From a virus (lineage: Duplodnaviria; Caudoviricetes), in IMG/VR virus record IMGVR_UViG_3300032132_000748: DNA of 64,000 nucleotides, one strand, 5' to 3'. Numbering within the stretch: position 1 is the stretch's first letter; the number at the start of each line of letters is the position of its first letter. The notes beneath the pieces were generated by a model that saw nothing but the letters and a program-made list of their open reading frames with translations, did no database searches and was not told the origin of the DNA. A program made the position numbers and the translations under genes. Positions 29,528-39,048 of this stretch are shown here, in pieces.

Positions 29528-30340
29528 TTATTTTACTTTTTTCCTGCTAGGTTTTGATTTTTTAATTAGAACTTTTCCTTTTTTAGCGGCAGAGGTCGCA
29601 GCTTCTTTACTAGCTGCGGCCTTTTTTTCATGCCATTTCTTTTTCCTAATTCCTCGCATTTTCCCTAGCTTCTTTTTTTGTTTCAAAGTGTAACCCATTA
29701 GTAGCATTATAATACCACCGTTTACTAATAATCTAGTGATGGTGTTGCGTTGTGCATTGTCTTTATCTTTCTGAATATCTCTTTCAAGTAAAATATTTTG
29801 TTTTTGGTCTTCTGCCCACGCCTGTAGTGCGGCTTTATGTAGTTCTTTGCACGCCTCTGCCCATTTAGGCCCGAGCGCTTGATCTATGTGGGGAGAGTAG
29901 GCGGTTAGTTTTCCTGACCTGCTTATTGACGCGATAACTTTTCTAGGCTTCCCTGGAGGGGCAGGCCCATAAAGCTCAAGAGCACATTTTCCCTTATAGC
30001 CAACTTCGGCACTTAATTTTTTAACAAGCATTTGATCAAATTGCTCACTACCAGGTTTTAATCCTAGAGCAGATAGATAAACCATACCTGATCCAACTCG
30101 TTGTAGAGACGAGATGAATACTTGCTGGTTGTATCGTTTCAGGAGAGCCGCAAGGAACGCCTTTTTAGCTGCCTTTCTCTCTTCCTTTTTTCGCTTAGCG
30201 CCTATGTATACATCAACGATAGCTCCAATAGCTGCTCCCGCAACAAGACCTACCGGACCAAAAAGGTATCCAATACCTGCACCTACAGTTGCGGCGGAAA
30301 CAGGACTATCTTCAATACCATTTAGTTCAAAATTGGACAT
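29528..30340 (-). CDS. membrane protein, paralogue 2 of tandem trio
   Basis: glycine zipper GAGIG..GLVAGAAIGA; GYKGKC..KWAEACK; TM and Lys-rich tail. Confidence 0.75.
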   Translation of the reverse strand: MSNFELNGIEDSPVSAATVGAGIGYLFGPVGLVAGAAIGAIVDVYIGAKRKKEERKAAKKAFLAALLKRYNQQVFISSLQRVGSGMVYLSALGLKPGSEQFDQMLVKKLSAEVGYKGKCALELYGPAPPGKPRKVIASISRSGKLTAYSPHIDQALGPKWAEACKELHKAALQAWAEDQKQNILLERDIQKDKDNAQRNTITRLLVNGGIIMLLMGYTLKQKKKLGKMRGIRKKKWHEKKAAASKEAATSAAKKGKVLIKKSKPSRKKVK

Positions 30341-31111
30341 TTATACCTTTATCTTCGTGGAGTTTATAAATACTATAATACCTATTATTAAAAATATAAT
30401 AGCAAATACTGCTTGGACTACCCTCTGTCCTTTTTTAAGGGAAGCTTGAAAATTTTCTAATTCTTGAAGTCTCCCTTGCTGGATCAATAAGTCTGTATAT
30501 GCAATTATCCATCGATCTCGGGCATTTTTACATTGCACATACCAAAAGGTTTGGAGATTGGGCGGGACACTAGCTGTTCCTGGGGTGAATTTTCTACCAT
30601 TACCTGTGATGTAAAAGGAGACGGGCCTATTTTTACTAGGCTTACTTCCTGGCTGCCAGACAGTAGCATTACAATTACCTCGATACCCTATTTTTTGAAA
30701 CAAAGTATCATACAAGACCTTCTCAAAATCAGCACTTGTTGGGTCTATCCCATGCTGCTCAATAATGGCAAGACCTGTCTCCTCTACTTCAGCTAATATG
30801 CCAGAAACTGATGTTTGGGTGGCTTCCTCTCCCTTAAGACGACGCTCTCTTTTCTTTCTTTGCTTTTTTTGCGTCATAAACGACCAGGCAGCAACGCCTA
30901 TTGTACCTACAAGCTCAATAACCGCTGCCCAGCCTGATGCTGCATTAAAGTTTGTAACTGATGTTGCGGCATGACCACCAGCGGCTATGGCGGCTGAAAA
31001 GGAAGCCTGCTTCCCTATTTGGACAACGGTGCCCGCCACTGAGCCTATAAGCTTTTTTTGCTTAAATGCTGCAGCTTGTTCTGCTTTTTTTTGTTCCCAA
31101 AGTGTTGCCAC
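30341..31111 (-). CDS. membrane protein, paralogue 1 of tandem trio (start revised to GTG)
   Basis: GAGG SD before GTG 31111; GYRGNC..FWYVQCK; C-terminal TM. Confidence 0.75.
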   Translation of the reverse strand: MATLWEQKKAEQAAAFKQKKLIGSVAGTVVQIGKQASFSAAIAAGGHAATSVTNFNAASGWAAVIELVGTIGVAAWSFMTQKKQRKKRERRLKGEEATQTSVSGILAEVEETGLAIIEQHGIDPTSADFEKVLYDTLFQKIGYRGNCNATVWQPGSKPSKNRPVSFYITGNGRKFTPGTASVPPNLQTFWYVQCKNARDRWIIAYTDLLIQQGRLQELENFQASLKKGQRVVQAVFAIIFLIIGIIVFINSTKIKV

Positions 31112-31192
31112 ATGCGCCTCTACAAATAATTTTATCAAAATTGCTTGCTATATGCATACAAGATTTGCTAATCTACTGTTGGAGAGTTAATT

Positions 31193-31591
31193 ATGAAACA
31201 TCACAGACGAGCAGACCGTATTAAAGCTTGTGGCATCCGCCAGGACCGCCCAGGTATCATTAAACCATTTCTTATGCCCGCAAAGCTTAAGAATCAAGTT
31301 AAAACTGGATCTCCTCTAACAGACTTAAAATTTAAACCTACTGGTAAAACCTTAGTTGGTGGAACCCAATGGGCTATTAAAATATCCCGCCCAGGACTAG
31401 CCGCACCTCTTATTGTTGCAAAGAAAGAGCAGGCAGCTATCAAAAAGGGTATGGCAGTAGCTAAGGCTAAGGTCGCAGCACACGCCAGCGCAAAAGCCAA
31501 GGCAAAGGCCGTAGCAGTTGATATAGAAGCAGCAAAAGGCGCTGCTCAAGCCTCAGCAAAAGCCAAACCCCTAAGCGGTTGGTTCTTCTAA
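31193..31591 (+). CDS. basic Ala/Lys-rich protein ending LSGWFF
   Basis: GGAGAG SD; AK-rich helix. Confidence 0.65.
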   Translation: MKHHRRADRIKACGIRQDRPGIIKPFLMPAKLKNQVKTGSPLTDLKFKPTGKTLVGGTQWAIKISRPGLAAPLIVAKKEQAAIKKGMAVAKAKVAAHASAKAKAKAVAVDIEAAKGAAQASAKAKPLSGWFF

Positions 31592-31617
31592 GATTGAACA
31601 TAACCTCTCTTCAAAAT

Positions 31618-31653
31618 AAAAAACACTGCTCTACATCAGAGCAGTGTTTTTTT
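31618..31653 (+). terminator. intrinsic terminator
   Basis: AAAAAACACTGCTCT-ACATC-AGAGCAGTGTTTTTTT. Confidence 0.85.
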
Positions 31654-31669
31654 ATTAACATTTCGTAAT

Positions 31670-31698
31670 TTGACACGAAAGATATTTGTACTTATACT
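31670..31698 (+). promoter_or_regulatory. near-consensus sigma70 promoter, leaderless arrangement
   Basis: TTGACA-17nt-TATACT-6nt-ATG. Confidence 0.85.
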
Positions 31699-31704
31699 TA
31701 AAGC

Positions 31705-32538
31705 ATGAACGACCACAACATCCTTAACGCCGCTAATTTCGACGATATGCAAAAAACTTTCACAGTTCAGGTCCAACCTTTTATTCATGAAGGGGGCGGA
31801 ACTCTGGAGCTTGGCGGGCAAGACAATGTCTTTTGGATAAAACATATAGGCTGGGAATACAAATATATTGATGTTGGTTACCCAAACGCCACTCGCAAGC
31901 CAATTAAAAAAATCGAGGTATCGGTAGCTGATATTTTACATAAAGCCACAAGAGCACTACCACCCTTCACAGAACCTCGTTTTATAGTTGGATCTATTCC
32001 GTTCAGAGTAATTAATACAAATTTGGATAATAACCATAAGCTACAGGTAGATTTTCATATAAGGGGGGTTCTAGTGAGCCCAAGACCCGGTTGTGAACCT
32101 CTTCCTCTCAAAAAGCAAAAAGGCTACGTCATGATGGACAGCAACCAACGAGGTATGCTGGCTATGGATGAAGCCACCACAGATCAACTTGAGGAGACTT
32201 TTAATCACCTCGGGCTAGGGTCCTTAAGGGAAGCATTGCCTGGCGGCATATCTGCTCTTAAAGGTTTGCCAGGACCAATACAAAACGCTGTTATCGCAGG
32301 ATTGATAAACAAAGGGGAACTTCCAAATTTGGGAGCGATGATACCTGGAATGCCAAGTTTTGGTGCGCCACCCTCAGAGACACCGCTCGCCTTACCCGAT
32401 GCTGATCCAGCAAAAGAGAGCAGCGCTTTTGTAGGCGACATGCTGAATGCTTGTCCTGACGAATGTCAGGATGCAGTTATTAAGCATTTAAAGAACATAG
32501 CGGAAGTTATGATAGAGAAAGGGTGGCGAAGGGTTTAA
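31705..32538 (+). CDS. hypothetical protein, paralogue of 57273..57956
   Basis: shared QRGMLA and IAE....KGW.R motifs. Confidence 0.75.
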   Translation: MNDHNILNAANFDDMQKTFTVQVQPFIHEGGGTLELGGQDNVFWIKHIGWEYKYIDVGYPNATRKPIKKIEVSVADILHKATRALPPFTEPRFIVGSIPFRVINTNLDNNHKLQVDFHIRGVLVSPRPGCEPLPLKKQKGYVMMDSNQRGMLAMDEATTDQLEETFNHLGLGSLREALPGGISALKGLPGPIQNAVIAGLINKGELPNLGAMIPGMPSFGAPPSETPLALPDADPAKESSAFVGDMLNACPDECQDAVIKHLKNIAEVMIEKGWRRV

Positions 32539-33333
32539 GTGCCTAGAAGCTCCAGAAAAGCAAAACGTAAACGTTTGTCAGATCAAAAAACACAAGTACA
32601 GAGCCGTTCCCGTGAACCGGCAAAATTAAAACCAAAAACTATGCTTCATCCATTAGAAGCAAAAACAGCCGGACAACAGTTATTTCTTGATGCTATTAAG
32701 AGTAAACCGGTAACCATATGTGATGGGCCTGCAGGAACAGGAAAAACCTTTATATCCTTTGGATGTGCTTTAAGGGAGTATGTAAAAAACCCTGATATTA
32801 GCCGCATTGTAGTTGTTAGACCAACTATTACAGCAGGAGATGAGCCAGGATTAGGCTTCCTTCCAGGAAGTTTAGACGACAAGATGGCACCCTTCTTAGC
32901 TCCAATATTACGAGATTCAGCACCGCTATTAATAAGGAAAATTCCTAGATCATCTAGTGATGAGCGCTTTATAAATAGATTCGGAAATGAGCGTAGTGAA
33001 ACTGATAAGATCTTATCATCTTTCGATATTGAAATAGTCCCGCTTCACCTTATGCGAGGCAGAACTTTTCATAATGCTTTCGTTATATTGGACGAAGCAC
33101 AAAACTGCACAATGGCTGATTTTAAGCTTTTCCTAACTAGAATAGGTAAAAAAAGTCAAGTTGTTATTGAAGGCGATGCATCACAATGTGATCGACCAGA
33201 AGGATCACTTGTTAACCTAATGCAAAAGCTGCAAGGTCTTGATTCAGTCGCAAATGTGCGATTGACCGGAGAGGATATCATTAGAAACCCAATTATCTAC
33301 GGAATCCTTAAAAGGCTTAACGGAACAGATTAG
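32539..33333 (+). CDS. phoH: PhoH-like ATPase
   Basis: GPAGTGKT, LGFLPG, MRGRTF, ILDEAQN, LTRIG, DIIRNP. Confidence 0.93.
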   Translation: MPRSSRKAKRKRLSDQKTQVQSRSREPAKLKPKTMLHPLEAKTAGQQLFLDAIKSKPVTICDGPAGTGKTFISFGCALREYVKNPDISRIVVVRPTITAGDEPGLGFLPGSLDDKMAPFLAPILRDSAPLLIRKIPRSSSDERFINRFGNERSETDKILSSFDIEIVPLHLMRGRTFHNAFVILDEAQNCTMADFKLFLTRIGKKSQVVIEGDASQCDRPEGSLVNLMQKLQGLDSVANVRLTGEDIIRNPIIYGILKRLNGTD

Positions 33334-33389
33334 CTGTCGTCCTACACTAGATACTTCTGAGTCATTTACTAAAATAAATACGGTGCCAT

Positions 33390-33896
33390 ATGCCTTGGAT
33401 TTTTAGTTACGCAGAATTAGGACCGCATAACATCAAAGATGTTATCGGTAAAGTTCCTTTTTGTTCGCTACCCGCGTCTTTACCCAAACACAAAGTTACC
33501 TTTAAAGGTAAGAGTAGGAAGTGGGGCGGCGCGGTAGCCACTCTTGAGAAAGCACGAGGAGGAATGGTATACGGCTCAGCCTTGCTTGTTCCTCCTGCAG
33601 ACATTAAAATACTTGACAGATGCTATCAATTCTATGAGAGAAAGCAGATTTCAATTTTAGTTGAGGCTACTCAGGATAAAGTAAAAGCTTTTGTTTATAT
33701 TATAACCAAGGAAGCTCCTTACGGTAACCCCAGCAGTGATTACACTAAAAATATGGTTAAACACCTCAAATTTTTCTGGGGTCAGAATGATAAAAAAAAT
33801 CTTAAACTAGGAGATTTCGGTATAACAGTATCTGAAGTTGCAAAGACAAAAGTAGTTAAGAATAAAGATGCTTCTAAGACTAAGAGCAAAGCGTAG
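33390..33896 (+). CDS. gamma-glutamylcyclotransferase-like fold protein
   Basis: WIFSY, WGGAVAT, VYG, ILDR, YER, PSSDY. Confidence 0.65.
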   Translation: MPWIFSYAELGPHNIKDVIGKVPFCSLPASLPKHKVTFKGKSRKWGGAVATLEKARGGMVYGSALLVPPADIKILDRCYQFYERKQISILVEATQDKVKAFVYIITKEAPYGNPSSDYTKNMVKHLKFFWGQNDKKNLKLGDFGITVSEVAKTKVVKNKDASKTKSKA

Positions 33897-34565
33897 ATGA
33901 CAGAAACTGCAAAAATATTAACTACAATCAGCTCCCTTAAAGATCGGGGATGGTTTCCAGGAGGAAGTGGCGGTCTTGCCCACTTACAAAAAATAAGTGA
34001 GAGCAGCCAAAAAATATATGTTACGCCAGATAAACTAAATTCGGTCAAAGCAAATGATTTATTTTTACTTCGAAGTTTATATGGACAACAAGATATTCAA
34101 ACTCCCCTAAATAAGGTAGATAATGGGCTAGAGTTGTCTCCTTGGACGAGTATCTTTTTAGAGATTATAGGACAAAAACAAGCAACTTGCGTTGCGGCTC
34201 TTCACACAAAATGGGCAACTCTAGCTACAAGAGCGGCTTTTCATTCATGGAGAAAAAATTCAGAGTCTTACCCAAATCTTCTTCGACTATCTCATTGGGG
34301 GATGATTAAAGATATCACAGGAAAAGATGAAATGCTCATTCCTGTAGTAGATTATACAGATTCGGGAACAATGTTAGCTAAAACCAAAGAGGCCCTGGCT
34401 CTTTACCCCGAATCTTGCGCAATTCTAATTAGAGATTATGCTGTAGTTGTCTGGGAGAGATCCCTGAAGCTACTCGAAAGTAGGGCCGAAGCAATCGAAT
34501 ACTTATGCGAGTTGCAGGTTGCGGACATTAATTTATTCTCTGGCTATAGTGATAGTTTGCTATAA
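33897..34565 (+). CDS. class II aldolase/MtnB-like protein, degenerate
   Basis: RGWFPGGSGG, IYVTP, ALHT, AILIRDYAVVVW, EAIEYLCE. Confidence 0.65.
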   Translation: MTETAKILTTISSLKDRGWFPGGSGGLAHLQKISESSQKIYVTPDKLNSVKANDLFLLRSLYGQQDIQTPLNKVDNGLELSPWTSIFLEIIGQKQATCVAALHTKWATLATRAAFHSWRKNSESYPNLLRLSHWGMIKDITGKDEMLIPVVDYTDSGTMLAKTKEALALYPESCAILIRDYAVVVWERSLKLLESRAEAIEYLCELQVADINLFSGYSDSLL

Positions 34566-34580
34566 TCAATATGGTTTGAT

Positions 34581-34799
34581 ATGAAAGACTATTTTAGAGA
34601 ATTTTTAATACCCAATCGACCCGGCTTTGGAAGTGCTTCAGCACCCAGCGCACCAAAGAGCGTTGCTACTAATTCCGAAAAGACTAAGGCACCCATGAAA
34701 TCACGTATTATGTTGGCTGCCGGACTCGTCGGAGTAGGCTTAATTTCTTGGAAAGCAAGCAAGTGGCACACGATCATTACTTCCTCCTCAGACAAATAA
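34581..34799 (+). CDS. small RPGFG-motif membrane protein
   Basis: NRPGFGS; TM IMLAAGLVGVGLISW; TATAAT upstream. Confidence 0.6.
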   Translation: MKDYFREFLIPNRPGFGSASAPSAPKSVATNSEKTKAPMKSRIMLAAGLVGVGLISWKASKWHTIITSSSDK

Positions 34800-34815
34800 A
34801 CTAGGCAGGTTTCCG

Positions 34816-35910
34816 ATGCACGGAATTGAACGAGATAAAGAGCGTTTTCGTCAAATTGTACGCGGTAAGATTAAACAGAATCTTCGCAAGTACATGTCTC
34901 AAGATGGGCTTGAGATTTATGATAAGGACGGTAAACACAAAATTACTGTTCCTATCCCCCACATTGAACTGCCTAGGTTTATTCACGGCAGTAAGGGCGG
35001 CGGAATAGGCCAAGGCGATGGCCCTCCTGGTCCCGGACAAGGGAAGGGACAAGGAGAGGGTGGTCAAGAAGGAGGAAACAACCCAGCAGAGAATGCGTTG
35101 GAGGTTGATGTTTCTCTGGAAGAGATCGCGGATCTTCTTAGTGAAGAGTTAAAACTTCCTAGGATTGAGCCAAAGGGTAAAAGTGAAATATCCATTGACT
35201 CCAATAAGTATCGAACACTAAGAAACGAAGGGCCAGAATCTCTTCGACACTTTAAGAAAACTTACATTAGGGCGATGAAACGGCAAATTGCCGCTGGTGA
35301 GTATGATCCAGATAATCCCGTAATTATTCCCATTAAAGAAGATAAGGTATATAGAGCAGCTAAGCCCGTAACAATACCACAATATCAAGCAGTTGTCTTT
35401 TATCTAATGGACGTATCCGGTTCTATGGGACCCCATCAGAAAGAAATGGCTCGTTTAACTAGTTTCTGGATTGATTTGTGGCTACGCCATCACTATGACT
35501 TCATTAAGTCTCGGTATATCATTCACAACTACACTGCCAAAGAAGTTGATCGCCACACTTTTTACCATACTATGGAGAGCGGTGGCACGAGAATCGCGTC
35601 AGCCTATGAGTTGTGTCGGGATCTTATCAAAAAGAATTATCACCCATCACAGTGGAATATCTACATCTTCCAATACTCGGATGGCGATGATTGGGGCGGT
35701 GCTACTTCGTCGGCTTGCAATATTATTTCTGATCTGCTCGAATCTGTTAACCAGATTGCCTACTGCCAGGTTAGGGAGCATGGAGATTTCAAGGGCCAGC
35801 TTGAGAAGCGTTTCGGAGAGGGTGGCAAGAAGAATCTTGTTATTACGACCGCTTTTGAGAAGGAGCAAATCTTTGATGCCATTAAGGATATGTTTGTAGG
35901 GGGCAACTAA
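34816..35910 (+). CDS. YeaH/YhbH (DUF444) vWA protein
   Basis: RFRQIVRGKIK, Gly-rich linker, LMDVSGSM, ESGGT, YSDGDDW. Confidence 0.9.
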   Translation: MHGIERDKERFRQIVRGKIKQNLRKYMSQDGLEIYDKDGKHKITVPIPHIELPRFIHGSKGGGIGQGDGPPGPGQGKGQGEGGQEGGNNPAENALEVDVSLEEIADLLSEELKLPRIEPKGKSEISIDSNKYRTLRNEGPESLRHFKKTYIRAMKRQIAAGEYDPDNPVIIPIKEDKVYRAAKPVTIPQYQAVVFYLMDVSGSMGPHQKEMARLTSFWIDLWLRHHYDFIKSRYIIHNYTAKEVDRHTFYHTMESGGTRIASAYELCRDLIKKNYHPSQWNIYIFQYSDGDDWGGATSSACNIISDLLESVNQIAYCQVREHGDFKGQLEKRFGEGGKKNLVITTAFEKEQIFDAIKDMFVGGN

Positions 35911-35935
35911 CCCCGCACACCTAATCTGCCCAAAT

Positions 35936-35984
35936 AACACCCCGGTAAAGATGATTGCGCTATCATTCTTTACCGGGGTGTTTT
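35936..35984 (+). terminator. long hairpin / intrinsic terminator
   Basis: AACACCCCGGTAAAGA...TCTTTACCGGGGTGTTTT. Confidence 0.75.
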
Positions 35985-36025
35985 CGTTAAAATTTAGCTT
36001 CCAATACTGGAATTACAATGGTAAG

Positions 36026-37810
36026 TTGATACCCTGTGTAAAGGGTATACCATTGAAGTGCAATCGCTATATATTTAGTTATACAAGTTCTCCCGAAGAG
36101 GTTGAGAACTTTATTCTTAGATCTGCTGACTTAGCAGAACAAACTTACGGCAGAGACGCCTATTTTTCACGTCTCAATCAGGTGCTTAACCAAGCTCGAT
36201 TTTTGGGCTGGGATTTGCCTAGATTTAGTCCTGATAACATGCCGGAAGAGATTACTGAGATTCCTCCCCCAGGGGTCGATCATATCTTCGAATTACAAGC
36301 TAAGCTGCTTGTTGACGTTGCGCCCATTACACGAGTCGCTTTAGACGATGGAAGTTATTGTCCTGTGCGAATGGTTTGTGGCACTACCGCCGCTGGAGAT
36401 TTAGTCTGGAAATGTCATCTTCTCTTAGATAGAGATGGGGTTCCTTTTGTACAACGAGAAGGTAAACAACTAAAAGTTAAAACGAGAGGCACACGGATTG
36501 TCTGTCAAACTGAATCACTTCCTTACGAAGAAAAGTATCTATTTGAATGCTTTGGTGGTGAGGAAAAAGGTATATGGCCGATGCCCTTTTTACCTGAATT
36601 TTTCTCTGACCAATTAATTGCCCGTGTTTTTAGTACCGATGGTGTTGTCGAAGTAGTAACTATTGATGAGGTAGAACCAGTAAGGGTTTTAGCTCAAGAG
36701 CTAGTTCCTTGGTATAGAAATATTTATGTAGATAGAACAAAAGCATTAACCTTTGATGACTACAATCCTCAACAATCCGAACAACCGTTTGCTGCCCCTA
36801 ACCCAACAAGTTTTGACGCCAATACTTTAGTATCTGGATGGGACTCTATTGAAGAGAATGAACAAATCGAGCTAGACGATGATGGGTTACTCCCTGAAGA
36901 AGATGAAGATGATGAGGAAGATATTGATGCAGCACAATTTATTAATACCATAGCTTCATTTACGCCCCTCGAAGAAAAAAGTCTGGAAGAATATGAGCAA
37001 ATTTTACAAGCAAGCAAAATTTCTTCTAAAAAAGAGGCTGAGGAGCTAAGAAAAGATCCTTCTCATAAGGAGAGAGCAGAAAACTGGCTCATGGCTGCAG
37101 TTAATAGACTCAGATTGATTGCTAATTTCGAGCAAAAAATAGGCGCGCTTATCTCCCTAATAAATAAACATAGAGGACAACAAATTCTTGTTATTCAGCC
37201 GCGTCAAAAATGGGCTGCAAAATTATCGCAAGTCCTGAATAAAAAAGGAATTAGTGCACAGCTATTAGATTCCGAACATAGCCAAGCCTTGATGAGGGGT
37301 TTTTATGAGGGAGAGGTGGACGTATTAGTTACCTGCAATCCTGTTCAAGAACTCTTTATTGAAGATCTAATAGTTATCTCTGTATCTAGCTTCGATACTA
37401 TTAAGTGGCTTGATTGGCTAAATCCTTCACACTTAGTTCATAGTATAACCATCAAACAGTTTGGCTATACGGATCACAATCTGGTTACACAACATCCAAA
37501 TGTGGTGGTAGATACCGAAGATTACCAAGGACCTGGGTTGGATATACTCAAACTTGCTGAAAACCAAAGCTTCTCTCCTGGTCCAAAGACTAAGACCAAA
37601 ACCAAAGCACCCCCTAAACCCCGGTTTAAGGTTAAGGTTGTTGGAAGCAAGGGCCGACCTAAATCTACAGGATCTTACGAAAAAGCACTTAAGATGGCTA
37701 AGAAGTTTGAGTCAGAAGGTAAAAAAGTAGAAATATACGGTCCTGAGAATGAAAAAGATGTACTTTACAGCACAGGTATGCCGGAAGTACTTCAAGGAGA
37801 ACTAGAATAG
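36026..37810 (+). CDS. large hypothetical protein with degenerate SF2 helicase C-terminal-like domain (start revised to TTG)
   Basis: KIGALISLINKHRGQQILV, FYEGEVDVLVT; acidic linker; no Walker motifs; TACAAT-6nt-TTG. Confidence 0.6.
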   Translation: MIPCVKGIPLKCNRYIFSYTSSPEEVENFILRSADLAEQTYGRDAYFSRLNQVLNQARFLGWDLPRFSPDNMPEEITEIPPPGVDHIFELQAKLLVDVAPITRVALDDGSYCPVRMVCGTTAAGDLVWKCHLLLDRDGVPFVQREGKQLKVKTRGTRIVCQTESLPYEEKYLFECFGGEEKGIWPMPFLPEFFSDQLIARVFSTDGVVEVVTIDEVEPVRVLAQELVPWYRNIYVDRTKALTFDDYNPQQSEQPFAAPNPTSFDANTLVSGWDSIEENEQIELDDDGLLPEEDEDDEEDIDAAQFINTIASFTPLEEKSLEEYEQILQASKISSKKEAEELRKDPSHKERAENWLMAAVNRLRLIANFEQKIGALISLINKHRGQQILVIQPRQKWAAKLSQVLNKKGISAQLLDSEHSQALMRGFYEGEVDVLVTCNPVQELFIEDLIVISVSSFDTIKWLDWLNPSHLVHSITIKQFGYTDHNLVTQHPNVVVDTEDYQGPGLDILKLAENQSFSPGPKTKTKTKAPPKPRFKVKVVGSKGRPKSTGSYEKALKMAKKFESEGKKVEIYGPENEKDVLYSTGMPEVLQGELE

Positions 37811-38356
37811 ATGACACCATTTCAAGAAGAGCTATATAGATTATTTCAGGATGCTCGTAAAGAAACAAATGCCTTTACCAGCGCCGCAGAAGATCAGGGG
37901 GGCGATTTACAAAAAATTGTAAAATTTGCAGAAAAGTGGGATTTTAAATCTCAGCACGATAAACTAGCAGAAGAAAAAACCGCTCTCCAAAAAAAGTATG
38001 ATAGAGATAAATTACTTATCGCAAAAAAAGCTACCCAGTATGTTATACGAGAACTTTGTCCCATAATAGATCAGGTCTTTATATTACAAAACAATGTCGA
38101 AAAAAACGGCCCCTTGGATCGCGGAACGCTTCTTATGTTAGAAAATTTAGAACGAATTCTAACTCAAAGAAAAGGTGGAATTATTCGCCCTAAAATTGGA
38201 GATGAGCTTGATCCTGCAAAACATAAAGCAATTGCTGCTGAAGAGATTGCAGGACATCGAGGAAATACAATATCAGAAGTATGTAGATACGGGTATTTTG
38301 TGTTAGGAACAGTTATTAGAGAAGCTGAGGTTAAGGTTAGGTGCGGAACTAAATGA
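37811..38356 (+). CDS. grpE: nucleotide exchange factor GrpE
   Basis: ELCPIID, GDELDPAKHKAI, GYFVLGTVIREAEVKV. Confidence 0.85.
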   Translation: MTPFQEELYRLFQDARKETNAFTSAAEDQGGDLQKIVKFAEKWDFKSQHDKLAEEKTALQKKYDRDKLLIAKKATQYVIRELCPIIDQVFILQNNVEKNGPLDRGTLLMLENLERILTQRKGGIIRPKIGDELDPAKHKAIAAEEIAGHRGNTISEVCRYGYFVLGTVIREAEVKVRCGTK

Positions 38357-39048
38357 GATTAAATGATACCGCTTGGCAAAAATGGAGGTTAGTTAAATAT
38401 CCCTCAATCAGAACAAAAGCAGAGCTAGAAGCCTTGGGGGTTCCCGAGGGATTTGGGTCAGAATCTGAGCCCGATTCCTCCCTATGGCTAGCATCTCTAT
38501 CCGAGGGTTTAGGGGATTTCTTTAAAGAAGGGATGAAGGTGCTCGATTACGGTTGCGGAAATGCTCGCTATTGCAACTTCATCAGTGAGAGACTCGGTGA
38601 CTTTACTTACTATGGGGTAGAGCCGCCAGGCAGCCCCCTGAGCGACGCTGCGATTGAGAATGGTAGGAAAGCCTACAACAGACCTTATGTGAAGCTAGGC
38701 TTTATTGGGGACGACGTAGAGGCCGAAGCTTTGGCTACCGTAGACGCAGTTGTTCTCGGAAGTATTTTTACACATCTACTTTTTGATGAGTTTCACAAAA
38801 TATGTGATAAGTTCAAACCGATTCTAGATAGAGGAGGAAAAGTAGTCTTCTCTGTATTTATCGATCAGTTTTATAGATGGCAACTCCCAAATACCGCCTA
38901 CGCTCATAGTGAGTGTTATTCGGCTGTTTGGTATACAGAGAATCAGCTCAAGAACTATTGTCAAAAAAACAAGTATGCGCTTGAGCTGAAAGAAACCTTC
39001 CCCGCAGGGGCAGGCCACAAAATTCTTTGTATGTATAAACCGGGCTAG
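38353..39048 (+). CDS. class I SAM-dependent methyltransferase
   Basis: VLDYGCGNAR, YYGVE, SIFTHL. Confidence 0.85.
   Translation: MRLNDTAWQKWRLVKYPSIRTKAELEALGVPEGFGSESEPDSSLWLASLSEGLGDFFKEGMKVLDYGCGNARYCNFISERLGDFTYYGVEPPGSPLSDAAIENGRKAYNRPYVKLGFIGDDVEAEALATVDAVVLGSIFTHLLFDEFHKICDKFKPILDRGGKVVFSVFIDQFYRWQLPNTAYAHSECYSAVWYTENQLKNYCQKNKYALELKETFPAGAGHKILCMYKPG

Noticed and set aside
35951-36025. Annotated N-terminus of the 619-aa ORF
   Set aside because: It runs through the upstream terminator hairpin and the -10 box; TTG 36026 fits the leaderless pattern.
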